DNA from: Hyaloraphidium curvatum SAG 235-1
Lineage: Eukaryota; Fungi; Monoblepharomycota
Reading direction: 5' to 3'
Assembly (NCBI GenBank): GCA_025558095.1
Contig: JAIVFI010000016.1
Coordinates: 248,001 to 312,000 of the forward strand
DNA length: 64,000 nt
Positions within the stretch are counted from its first letter, which is position 1. Every line of letters begins with the position of its first letter. The position numbers and the translations under genes were made by a program. The notes under the pieces were generated by a model that had not been told where the DNA came from, made no database searches, and saw only the letters and a program-made list of their open reading frames with translations. Below are positions 30,011 to 41,355 of the stretch, piece by piece.

Positions 30011-32719
30011 TCAATCATCCAAGTCCACCACTTCAACTCCTCCCCGGGTGAAGTTAAGGGTCGACTGCCGCTTCCCACCCGCCGCCTGGCTAGCCGCCTG
30101 GCTGCTTTGCCCCCGTTTGGATGCCTGGCTGCCGGTCAAAGTGCTGCCAAAGGAGCCGTCGGAAAAGGATAAGGGCGCGTGGGCAACGATCTACTACCTC
30201 GGGAGCTTCCGCTTTGCAGCCGTGCTGGATGATGCCGCGGGCTCCTTTGCTTTCGACGCCTTGGCCGGAGCAACCGGAGATGAATCTGCGGCCTTGCGCG
30301 CCCGCGGCTTCGGCTTGGGATGCTCGACCACGTCGTCATCCGACTCCTCCACGACCTTGCGCGCCCGCGGTTTGGCCTTGGTTTTCGGGATGTCCTCGTC
30401 CTCGTCCATGTCATCAAGGGCACCGCGGACGTCATCCTCGTCGTCCTCGTCATCTTCGGATGCCTGCATGCGAGGTGTAAGCAATGCAAGTAGCCGACAA
30501 CACCCGGTGACGTACCTTGCGCTTCCTGGAGGCCGCGGGTTTGGTCTTTGCGGCCGCAGACTTCGCCGGCGCTTTCTTGGCGGCGGTGGCCGCTTTCCCG
30601 CGGCCCTTGGCTGCCGGCTTCGGGGCCTCTTCCTCGAAATCTTCATCCTCTTCCATGGAGGACGAGTTGCGGCGCTTCGGCTTGGCTTTGCTCTTCGCCG
30701 GCTTCGTCTTCTTTGCCTCCTGCTTGTATTCCTCCACGCGACCCCGTTTCCAGTCAGCCGCCTAGCAAAATGAGCTCAGTGCCGGGCAGGAACCGGCACA
30801 CACGCGCCCAACCGACCTTCTTCTGGATTGCATCTTCTTCCTCGTCATCGTCGATGACGGGTGCCTGGGCCTTCATGTCGAGCTGGATGCGTTCCAGCGA
30901 CTCGATCACAAATCTGGTGGACGCGTGGCGTCAGTGTGCGGATCACGGGCCGAAGAGCTGCGGCCTCACTCCTTGATCGCATCCTTGTCGTCCTTCTCGA
31001 CGAACATCTTGACGGCATCGCCGAGCTCGTTCTCCGGGAGTATGTCGAGCTCCTGCGCCGTCAGGTACTCGGTGACCAGGTCCTCGACCTTGGTGTCCTC
31101 GATCTTGTCCGGCAGATCGGGCACCTGGTTGATGGTGGCAGCCGCCTGCTTCCTGCGCTCCTTGGAAGGATCGTGGCTCGCTTTCTTGCGGTAGAACTGG
31201 AGGATCTCTTTCGCGTTGGCGACCTGGCCGACGTAGCGCGAGCCGAAGCGCTGCGGAGGGTAGGTGGAAAAGCCGCCCGAGTATTCGACCTTGAGGCGGA
31301 TCAGGGGCTGCGGACCGGCGGGCATGTTTTCGTCCGGCTCGTCGTTCTGTAGCTCGAGCCACTGCTGCTCGGCCTCCTTGATCATGCTGTCCACCTGCAG
31401 GTACCGGTTGGCCGGGAGTGGAGAGCACCGCGATGCGCGCGCACCTTTTCGATCAGGAAGGCAAGCATGTCGTTCTCGATGTTCTCGCTGTTGGGCACCA
31501 AGCCCGAGCTCTTGAGCTCGACCTCGTCCATCACGAACGGCCGCACGGACCGCAGCCTGAGGGCCTCCCAGAAGTAGCTGTTCGGGTTCACCGAGGAATC
31601 GAGGTGCAGGATTCCCACGTGCTTGGGCTTGGCCTCGCCCTCGCTCAGGCTCGTCGCGATCGAGCTCCCAGGCTGCACGACGTCGAAGCCCTGCTGCAGG
31701 TTCTGGACGGGAGTCGGGATCGATTCGTGCTCGTGGCCCCAGATGATGAAGTGGATGAAGGAATCGATGAAGGTTTCGGGGATGTGGCTCGTGGCCGTGT
31801 GCTTGACGCTGGTGAATGGCGGAAGTCAGCGAAGGCGCTCCGCGACAACTCCGCCCCCGCGGGCCACACTCACCGGTTCTGATGGATCACCAGCAGGTTG
31901 AACCAGCCGTCCGGGTCGACTTCCGGCCTGAGAAACGTCATCCTCCCCTTCACGATCGTCCGGTAAAGCCGCTCGTCCCTGACGTTCCCGAGGCCGTACA
32001 CCGCGAGCTTCGTGTCCCCCTTGCGCATGAGCAGCGGCGTGACCTGGATCTCGTCCGCGGTCGGGGACTTGCCGAAGTAGTTCACGAGGCCGGCCATGCT
32101 CAGTATGTCGAGCGCGGCGAGGTTGCTCTCGCCGGATGGGTCGTCGTGGTTCCCGTGGATGGAAAAGACGGGGATGGCGACGTTGTAGTTCGGGTCCTGG
32201 TAATTGACCGTACCGAAGCTGCGCAACGAAACCGCGAGGGTGAGATCGGCCTCGGAACGCGTCCCCCGTGATGCCGACCTGCTGTGGAAGTTGACCGACT
32301 GGTCGCTCAGGAAGTCGATCTCGCACGGCTTGTCGCCCATGCAGTACTGCCGCAGCAGCTCCATCGTCTTGAACAGCGTCCACCGCGACGGCTTGTTGTC
32401 GTGGAAGAGGTCCCCGCCGAGCAGGACAAAGTCCACCTGCGGCGGAGTGAGCGGGCGCCCCGAACGGCCGAGCAGGTGCCCACGTTCCGCTCCCTCGCGA
32501 TGCCGAGGATCTCCTGGAACGTGGTCCACGAGTCGTTCTTGCGCACCGGGTCCTTCTCCATGTACCCGAGGTGATTGTCGGTGCTGTGGGACGGCGGGCA
32601 CGGGGTGAGGTTGCGCGGCGGCGGAGCGCGATGCGGGCGCACGAGACGAGGATGCGGAAGGTGTTCCGGTCGCGCTCCTCGCCCGGCGGGCCCTTAGCGG
32701 CGGCGCTGCCCGACATCAT
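30011..32719 (-). CDS. MRE11: Double-strand break repair nuclease Mre11
   Basis: [49 protein letters not shown]; multiple introns; inferred end VVDLDD* at 30011. Confidence 0.95.
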
Positions 32720-32795
32720 CGTCGAGCGGGTTCCGGTGGGGCGAATGGAGGCGCCAAGGGAACTTTTGCAGCCCCAGTCAAGGTTCTCGACCTCG

Positions 32796-34243
32796 ATGGC
32801 GGACCTAAAGCGCGGGGCGGGTGCCGACGGCGCATCGGGCGCCGTCGTGAAGCGGCAACGGACGGACGGCGATGGGGCGGCCAAGAGCACCACCGAGCTG
32901 ATCCTGTCGGGGAAGTCGGCGGCGGAGGTGTCGGGGGCGCTCACAAAGACAATCAAGCGGACGTCGGCGCTGCAGGCCCCGATAATGCTGCTTACGGGAC
33001 ACGCCGTGCGTTGGAGCGGTCGTTGGCTGAGGAAATGGCGGGCTGATGTCTCGGTGCGCGGCAGGGGGAGGTGTTTACGACCAAGTTCAGCCCGGACGGC
33101 CAGCACATTGCTTCGGGCTCCTTCGACCAGCAAATATGTGGGTCGGCGGCCGGCAAACGAATCCCTGCCTGGAGAGCTGAAGGGACGCGTCGCCGCAGTC
33201 CTGTGGAACACGTACGGGGATTGCACCAACTACAACGTGCTGAAGGGCCACAAGGGCCCCGTTCTGGAGGTTCGGTGGTCCAGGGACGGAAAGTGGGTCC
33301 ATTGTCGTGTTCCCGCCGTCAAGTGTTCTGACGATCGGACAGCAACATCTTTTCGGCGTCCACGGACCACACCGTCGCTCACTGGGATGCCCGCACGGGC
33401 GAGCGGATCCGGCGCTTCCGCTCGCATACGGGGATCGTCAACACCATTTCGACGACGCGCAGGGGTCCGGAGCTCCTGGCATCTGGTTCCGACGACCGGT
33501 CGGTCGCCATCTACGATCCGCGGGCGTCCAAGCACGCGATCGAGGTGCTCGAGGCACCTTATCAGGTCAGCCCTTTCCGGCTTTCCGCTGCGCGCCATTT
33601 GTTGACACGCATGTGCAGGTCACGGCCGTGGAATGGAGCGAGGACGGCTCCACCGTCTTCTCCTCCGGCATCGACAACGTCATCCGCGCCTGGGACCTCC
33701 GCCGCAAGGCGCCCGCCTACCTCTTGCAGGGCCACGCCGACACCGTCACCGGCCTGCGCCTCTCCCCCGACGGCTCCTTCCTCCTCTCGAACGCGATGGA
33801 CAACACGGTGCGGATATGGGACGTGAAGCCGTTCGCGCCGGCGAGCAGGCTGGTCAGGACGCTCGAGGGGGCGCCGCAGGGGTTCGAGAAGAACCTGATC
33901 AGGCCGTGCTGGTCGCCCGAGGGCGGGGATTTCGTGGCGACGGGGAGCGCGGACAGGAGCGTGACGGTGTGGGAGGTGGCGACGGGCAAGATCGTCTACA
34001 AGGTTGGTCGGCGAAGCTGATTTGCTAATTGTCGCTGATCTCATGTCTTGCTTGCAGCTTCCGGGGCACAAGGGCGTGGTCAACGAGGTGGACTGGTCGA
34101 CCAAGGAGCCCATAATCGTGTCGTGCTCGAGCGACAAAACGCTCTTCCTGGGCGAAGTGGTGAGCTTTTCTATGCTAGGACCGCCCCGAGGTCATGCTCA
34201 TGCCAATTCTTAGGACCCCGAGGAAGTTGTCAAAAGACGATGA
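32796..34243 (+). CDS. SNRNP40: U5 snRNP 40 kDa WD40 protein (Spf38/Cwf17)
   Basis: RTSALQAPIMLLTGH, WNTYGDCTNY, GHADTVTGL, SNAMDNTVRIWDVKPFAP, FEKNLIR, YKLPGHKG. Confidence 0.92.
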
Positions 34244-34335
34244 TCATTATACTGTTATCCAGATCATGACGCTCCGACCGTGCCCCATTGTGCCCGTGCC
34301 CTCCAGAAACCCCGTGTGCAAGCCGGTCCATCGCC

Positions 34336-35350
34336 CTACAGATCTCCCAGGATCTTGCTCCACCACCCCACCGGCTTTTCCGACACCTTGACCCCTTCGA
34401 GCGCGACCGCCAGCTCAGCCACGGGCTCGGTCGGGCTCGCGGGCGGGGTGGCGTCGACATGCGCGGCGGCCTGCGGGGGGAGCGGGGACGGCGTTTCGCG
34501 GTCGAACATGGTGGCGGCCGAGCTGGGGGTCGAAGGCCTCTCGTCCGGCGGGGGGGAGGCGGGCTTGTCGTGCTTGTCCGTCGTCCCTGCGGTGGCGATC
34601 GGAGCGTGAGTGAGGAAGGTGAGGCGGTGGGGAGGTGGAGCGCACTGTGGAGGAAAGGGCAGTCCTTGCGCTTGCAGAAATCACCGTGCTGGCAGAGGCG
34701 GGCCGGAGCTTTGGTCTTAGAGAGCCTGGCGGAGAGATCAGGGGAAACGATCTGGGATAGCTGGGAAGGGGAAGGCACCTCGGCGGCGTGTTCTGCTTGC
34801 TCTTCTTGCCGGGCGGGCTCGACTTCTTGGCCTCGGAGGAATGCTTGCCGTTGGCGGAGTGCTTGTCGCCGGATTTGCCTCGGCTGAGCGGGGGATAGAG
34901 GGACACCGCCTTGATGGGGTCATCGGGCTTGCGCAGCTCCTCCTCCCCTGTCGACAGCGCGCGAGGCAGCAGAAGTGATAGAGAAGAGAAAAGACGCCAT
35001 TTTGCAAAGCCGCGAGACAGATGGTCGGGGATCGGGCCGACGCGAGCCGGGTGGCGTGAGCGCGCAGTGGGAAGAGGCATGACCCGCGCAAACGCGTACC
35101 GTGCGCGAAAAGGCAGCGGGCGCCCCACTCGCACTCTCCGCTCATGACGTAGTGCCGGCACTGGCGCGTCTTGTAGCTCTCGGGCGGGTGGAGCTTGGCG
35201 CACCTGCGGCGTCGGCGTGGCGCGCTGTGAGCGTGGCCGGCGGGCCGGTGAATGCGGGCCCCACCTGTCGTCGTCGCAGTAGCCCTCGTCGAGAAAGTCC
35301 CGACAGATTTCGGTGCGCGGCCAGGGGAAGGGCGGTTTCGGGGGACCCAT
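34336..35350 (-). CDS. CCCH zinc-finger RNA-binding protein (three fingers)
   Basis: RTEICRDF...C...C..LH; YKTRQCRHYVMSGECEWGARCLFAHG; LCQHGDFCKRKDCPFLH; four inferred introns. Confidence 0.8.
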
Positions 35351-35700
35351 TGTGGTGCGGTCGCCAGGTGGCGGTAGCCCGAATCCCGATCTCCGCGCGG
35401 CGGCCAGGCCGCGGCGCCTGAAACTGCGGCAGCGTGCGCCGGACGCGGCGGCTTCGCGGAGGCGGGCGGGCGGTGACGGATGGCGGGGGTAGCGGCCGTT
35501 GATTGTCTGAAGTTTCGCACGCGGGCGTCATCAGCGCGAGCTCGCGCGACTCCCGTGCCCTTGCGCTCGGACCCCCTTGCAAACTCCGACGGCGTCCGCA
35601 GCGGCGGATCCGAGCGGCGCGGGGTCGGGCCGCCACCGCCGTCTCCATTGGAATGCACGCGCCGCAGCTCCGGCCGAAGGGGCCGCCCGCGGGCGCCGAC

Positions 35701-36414
35701 ATGGAAACGGGCGCCGTCGCCGGAGGGCCGCACCGACCGGCACCCGACGCGCCGCCCGCCCGATCCCGCCTTGCGTGGCTCGCGATCGTCGCACTCGCCC
35801 TCCTTTTGGCGGCGGTCGACGTCGCGGCGCGCTCCGGACTCGCGCCGCCCGCGGGAGACAGAGACCCTTTCCTGCCTGCAGCCCACCCCGCGCTGGCCGG
35901 CGTGCTCGAGCAGAGCCAAATGCGCAGGAGCATGCGCTGGGACGGCTACGGCCGCGCGCGGCAGGCCGAACTGGCCGCCGCCGCAGCCCGCTCCCGCAAC
36001 GGGCAGCCCGGCGGTGGGATCGCACCGGACGGCCGGCAGCCTAACCCAGGCACGTCTGCGCATGCGGACGAGGACAATGTTGCGGCCGGCGACGCGGCCG
36101 ATTTTCAGTCGGCCGAAGATCCGACGACCGCCGCCTGGACCGACGCGGACGGCCCCGATCCAACGTCCGAGCCCGGCGTGCGGGTCTCCCACCTCGTCGC
36201 AAGCGCCAGGCCCTCGGGCCGCTACAAGGACTACGTCGAGGACGAGGAGCTCTTCTTCATCTCCGAGAACGACGCCGCAGATGCCGCCGACAAGCCTCAA
36301 GGCGCTTCTTCCCGGCTCGCCGCGCTGCTGTCCCGCTTGGTAAAGAGCGCCGATGCTCCTCTCGCGGGAACGCCGCGATCGCGGCCCGCACCCAAGCCCG
36401 ACCACGACGTCTGA
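35701..36414 (+). CDS. Hypothetical secreted or signal-anchored protein
   Basis: Hydrophobic stretch LAWLAIVALALLLAAVDVAA followed by a low-complexity acidic region; start may be 35653 or 35701. Confidence 0.5.
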   Translation: METGAVAGGPHRPAPDAPPARSRLAWLAIVALALLLAAVDVAARSGLAPPAGDRDPFLPAAHPALAGVLEQSQMRRSMRWDGYGRARQAELAAAAARSRNGQPGGGIAPDGRQPNPGTSAHADEDNVAAGDAADFQSAEDPTTAAWTDADGPDPTSEPGVRVSHLVASARPSGRYKDYVEDEELFFISENDAADAADKPQGASSRLAALLSRLVKSADAPLAGTPRSRPAPKPDHDV

Positions 36415-36826
36415 CCCCTGGACAACTCTGAACCCTCTGCACCCTGAACATCGACCCGTATACCGACCAGATTTGCATTGATCATCCGGGACACCCCTTT
36501 GTACAGCTGGCGGGCCGTTTGGCGGTCCGCGATTGGAGATTCTTGGTTGCGATGAATACCTCTGTTCCCCTCACTTGCTGCGGATTATGGTGCGGGCGTT
36601 CGACGCCCCTTTGGATGTACATACTTGATTGCCGATGCCAATGCGATGTTTTCTTTCGTGCTGCCATACTCTTATGTGCTTTGAAAGCGAATGTCAGGCT
36701 TTGGGGCGGTGAGGTGTCGCCGTCGTCGGGTCGGCCCGGGATCCGACACACGAAGCGCCACGGCATCTCCGCTCCTCCCTTACGCTGCACCCCGAATCCC
36801 GCCTCTCTCCCCCGGAACCCGCCGCC

Positions 36827-38238
36827 ATGGTCCTCGACTCCTTCCCCCCCGCCGTCCGCGACGCCCTCTCCCCCGTCCTCGGCTCCCCCCGCCTGACGGA
36901 CGTCGTCTTCCTCGTCGGCCTCTTCGCCATCACCTCGAGCGCCATCAGCGTCGCCGCGTCGGCCGGCACCACGCTGTACAACATGTTCCTGAGGAGGGGG
37001 AAGAGGCTCTCGACGTGGGTGTGCCCGGCGCGTGCGCGGGGAGGGGTGACGGGACGCGAGGTGCCGCCGCCAGGTACGGCAAGTGGGCCGTCGTGACCGG
37101 CGCGACGGACGGTATCGGTGGGTTTCTTTTGCTTCCAATGGATAGGAACGGGGGGCTGACGCTTCGGGGCGCAGGCAAGAGCTACGCGGAGCAGCTGGCC
37201 AAGCAGGGCTGCTCGGTGGTGCTCATCTCGCGGACGCAGGCCAAGCTGGACGAGGTCGCCAAGCAGATCGGTGGGCAGTCATTCATTGCGGCGGATCGCG
37301 GGCAAAAGGCTGATCCCCGGGCCGGCAGCGGACAAGTACAAGGTCGAGACCAAGACCATCGCGGTCGACTTTTCCAACTGGTCGCCCGAGGCCGCCGCGG
37401 CCCTCAAGCCGCAGCTCGATGCCCTGGAGGTCGGCGTCCTCGGTCGGTACCCGCAAACGCGCTCGGGAGACGCGGCGCTGACGCCGGCGCCCGGGATCAG
37501 TCAACAACGTCGGCGTGAGCTACGACTACCCCGAGTACTTTGACAAGCTCCCCGAGGCCAAGATCTGGAACATGCACCGCCTCAACATCGACTCGGTGGC
37601 GGTCATGACCCACATCGTGCTCCCGCAGATGCTGGCGCGGTGGGGACCCTCGCTCCGGATCACGGACGCCGTTGAAGCTCATCCTCGGCCCGCAGCAAAA
37701 AGGGCGTCGTCATCAACATCGCTTCCACCAGCGGGCAGTTCCCCATGGGTCTGCTGAGCATGTACTCGGCGTCCAAGGCCTACGTGGACTTCCTCACCCG
37801 CGCGCTGGCCCAGGAGTACGGGCCCAAGGGGATCATCTTCCAGTCCGGTGGGTACCGCCTGTCGCCCGGCTCATCCCCTTCCCTCACACCTTCTGCCAGT
37901 GCTCCCCTCCATGGTCGCCTCCAAGCTCTCCAAGGTGCGGCCTTCCCTGATGGTCCCGACGCCGCAGCAGTACGTCTCGTCGGCCCTGCGCACCGTGGGC
38001 AACGACGGCAAGACGTTCGGGTACTGGTCGCACTCGCTGCAGAACGCCGTGCTGGAGGCGCTGCCGTCGAGCTGGGCGACGGGGTACCTGTTCGACATGC
38101 ACGCGGGTGAGTGGATCCGGGCTGGGTTGTTCGAGGGCTGGGCTGATTGCGGCGCCAGGGATCCGCAAGCGCGCGCTGAGGAAGATGGAGAAGGTCAAGG
38201 CCGCGGGCGAGGGCAAGGCGGACAAGAAGGAGCAGTGA
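36827..38238 (+). CDS. IFA38: Very-long-chain 3-oxoacyl-CoA reductase (KAR/HSD17B12 family SDR)
   Basis: [53 protein letters not shown]; KKEQ ER motif; about seven introns. Confidence 0.9.
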
Positions 38239-38348
38239 ATTCAGTGATTTTCGAGTTTTGGATAGAGGCGTCCCAGAATCCGGAAAATGGCTGCGCGGGG
38301 GATCAATCGGGTCGTGTGACCCCCACGCCGCCAACGGCTGCCCCGGCG

Positions 38349-39498
38349 ATGCGCCATTTCGAGGCACCGCCAAGCGCGCGACCGGGCTACTGGTCCTGCG
38401 GCGAGGGCACGTGGCTGGCATGCGCCAGCGTGGATTGGTGTGAGGAGAACTGTGAGACTCCGCCGGCCTGTCTCCCACTCCCGCTCACCGGCCCCGGTAG
38501 ACGAGTTATCGCCGTACGTTGCCGAGGCAACCAATGCCGCCACAAACCTGCTCTTCCTCCTCCTCTCCGCCTTCGCCCTCGCATGGACCCCCCGACCTTC
38601 CTCCTTCCTCCCCGTGTACGCCATGCTGGGCGTCGTCGGCTTCGGCTCCCTCCTGTTCCACTCAACCCTGCTGTGGGCGACGCAGCTCGCCGACGAGCTA
38701 CCGATGCTGTGGGGCATGGCGCTGGCCATCCGCGGCTTTTCGGTGCTCTCGCGCGGGAGGGGACAACGAAAGTGGGAGGGAGCGCTGCTCTGGGGCGGTA
38801 CGGCGGCCGCGACGGCGGCCTACGTTGCGACGGGGGCGTTCGCGCTCTTCCAGGCTTTCTTCATATGCCTGGTAGCCGCCGCCGGGGCGTTGGGGCTCTC
38901 GGCGCTGCTTTCCCTGCGGGGCAGCGAGCATGCGGGGCAGATGGCGGCGCTATTCTGCTCCGGGTGCGGGCTCTTTGCCCTGGCCTTTGCCTGCTGGATT
39001 GCGGACAACGAAGCGTGCGAGGGCCTGCGTTGGGCGAGGGACATGCTACCCGCACCGTCCAGGCCGCTGCTGGAGATGCACGGGTGGTGGCACCTGCTCT
39101 CTGGGACGGGGCTCTACCTGGTCATCACCTTCGGGGTGCTCGCCGAGGAGGCGGCAAAGCGTGTGCGGGGCGAGGAGCTTGGAGGTGTGAGGCTACGCTG
39201 GGATCCCCTGCCTTTTGCGCCGTGGGTGGAGCTGACCGAGGTCGTTGCCTACGGCGGGCCGGCATCGGAGCATCCGGTTTTCGAAGGAAAAGCAAGTGAC
39301 GCGAAGGATGTCGATGTGCCGACGGTCTTTGTGTCTGGCGTGATCGGTGACGGAGGAGGCGTCCGGCACCGGATCATCAGGCATCGGGTCGTGGCGTCCG
39401 AGGGCGGGCGCTTCTCAGGGGACCATCAGCTGAGGCAGCACGGACCTGCTTCCTCCATGGTGCGGTCGCTCAGCGTCTACGACCTCACGGCCCTCTGA
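38349..39498 (+). CDS. Alkaline ceramidase (Ypc1/Ydc1/ACER3 family)
   Basis: GYW...SVDWCEENY...YVAE..N..TN, GS.LFHSTL, QLADELPM, W..DN..C..LR, LEMHGWWH; one intron ~38452-38500. Confidence 0.92.
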
Positions 39499-39704
39499 AG
39501 TCCTGAGGCGTTGTTCTTTGTCTTGATCTCTGGTCTCCTGACACGCCAACCCCTGATGCCAATCCATTCATACCATCTTTGTCCATTGACTGCTTTGATT
39601 GACGATCTCTTTCTCTCGATGGATGTATTCTTGCAACTTGGAATCGAACAGTCGCTTCACCTTCGGCTTCTGAGAAAGCGTCAACGTTATTTCGACTGCA
39701 AAAC

Positions 39705-41153
39705 ATGTCCAGCCCCGATGGGGCGCCGCGGGGCCGCGGAACGCCCCGCGGACGCGGCATTCCGCCCGGACGTGGAGCAGCGCCGGGCGGGCCGGGGCGT
39801 GGGGGCACACCGACGGCGTCGCCGCCCGGGAGGCTCGGCTCGCTCAAGCCGCCCGCCGGCGCCGTCCCCGCCGTGAAGACCGAGCCGGGCGAGCCGGCCG
39901 CCGCGCCGCGGCTCGGCGTGCGGCCGAAGTTCACGCCGAAGATCCCGCCGCGGCCCGCGCAGCCCGCGGAGCCCGCGCCCGCGCCGTCCCCCGCGCCCGC
40001 CCACGATGCTGAGAGGGGACGCGGTCGCGGCAGGGGCCGCGGGGCTCCGGGCGGCCGCGGCGGCCGCGGCGGCCGCCCCGCCGAGCAGACCACCGCGTCG
40101 GGCCCGTTCGCGCTCGGCCCGGCTCCCCGCGGCATGGCCTCCGGGGCGGGCAGGGGCAGGGGTGCGGCTTCCTCCGCCTCACCGCCCTCGGCGCCGCTGT
40201 CGGGCACGTCGACGCCCGCTGCCTCGTCGGTCAAGCCCGAAAAGACCCCTGCCGGCACGCCCGGGCCGTCGCGACCCCGCGCCGACAAGCTGCCGTCGGC
40301 CGCGGAGATGTTCTCGGACGAAGAGGCCGACGACGGCTCGCTGCGGAGCCCCGGCACCGGCACGCTGAGCAGCCCCGACATGCTCGGCCCCACGTCGAAA
40401 TCGAAGCGCAGGACGCGCATCAAGAAGGAGCCCGGGACGGAGGCCGACGGAGGCGAACCCATGGACCTGGACGGGGACTCGGCCGCGGGCTCGCCGCTGT
40501 CCAAGCTCATGGCCGGCACGCCGCGCAGCAAGTCCGGCAAGCAGGCCGCCAAGCCCGGGCCGTCCTTCAAGGACGACGAGGACGACGAAGCCGCGGCCAA
40601 GGACGCCCTGGCGGACCTGGACGGCGAATGGGAGCAGGCCCTCCCCGCCGACGCCGTCGCCGACCTCCTCCTCGCGAACCGCGACGCATCCAAGCCCTCG
40701 CTGCTCTTCTTCCAGCTCCCCTCGGTGCTCCCCAAGGTCCGCAACACCGCACCCCCCGAGGACGACGACGTCGAGATGGACGGGCCCAACGGCGCCGCGA
40801 GCGACGGCGAGGATGCGCCGCGCGAGAGCAAGCGCCGCGAGAGGCCCGAGTTCGTGCCGCTGTCGCGGTTCCACGGGCACGTGGGCAAGCTCCTCGTGCA
40901 CCGCTCCGGGCGCGCGACGCTCAGGCTGGCGTCGGGGCTCGAGTACCGCATCTCGGAGGGGTCCGCGACGGACTTTCTGCAGCAGGTCGTGGCGATCGAC
41001 GCAGGGCCGGACAGGTCGCCCGTCAAGGCGGAGAACGGGGAGGAGGCGGCAGAGGCGCCGAGGCACGGGGAGGCCATGGTCCTGGGGACCGTGCAGCGCC
41101 GGTTCGTGGCGGCCGCCGAGGTGGCGAGCCTGCTGCGGGACCTCAACGTGTGA
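39705..41153 (+). CDS. RPC53: RNA polymerase III subunit RPC4 (C53)
   Basis: KFTPKIPPR, ASGPFALGP, LLFFQLPSVLP, GHVGKLLVHRSGR...FLQQVV...LGTVQRRFV. Confidence 0.88.
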   Translation: MSSPDGAPRGRGTPRGRGIPPGRGAAPGGPGRGGTPTASPPGRLGSLKPPAGAVPAVKTEPGEPAAAPRLGVRPKFTPKIPPRPAQPAEPAPAPSPAPAHDAERGRGRGRGRGAPGGRGGRGGRPAEQTTASGPFALGPAPRGMASGAGRGRGAASSASPPSAPLSGTSTPAASSVKPEKTPAGTPGPSRPRADKLPSAAEMFSDEEADDGSLRSPGTGTLSSPDMLGPTSKSKRRTRIKKEPGTEADGGEPMDLDGDSAAGSPLSKLMAGTPRSKSGKQAAKPGPSFKDDEDDEAAAKDALADLDGEWEQALPADAVADLLLANRDASKPSLLFFQLPSVLPKVRNTAPPEDDDVEMDGPNGAASDGEDAPRESKRRERPEFVPLSRFHGHVGKLLVHRSGRATLRLASGLEYRISEGSATDFLQQVVAIDAGPDRSPVKAENGEEAAEAPRHGEAMVLGTVQRRFVAAAEVASLLRDLNV

Positions 41154-41355
41154 CGGGGAGCGAGTGCGGATACGAACTCTTTCTTTCGCATGGTTTTAGA
41201 TGACGCTGGAATACATGGCCAAAGCAAGCAACCAACGAGAGAACAATGAATGGAGAGGATAAACTGTCCCGTGCTCAAATTTCCATGCTCGCCCAACCAG
41301 AGGGCGATCCGGATGCCCAAACCCCTTTTTCCCACGCCCGCGCACGGCAGCGCGA

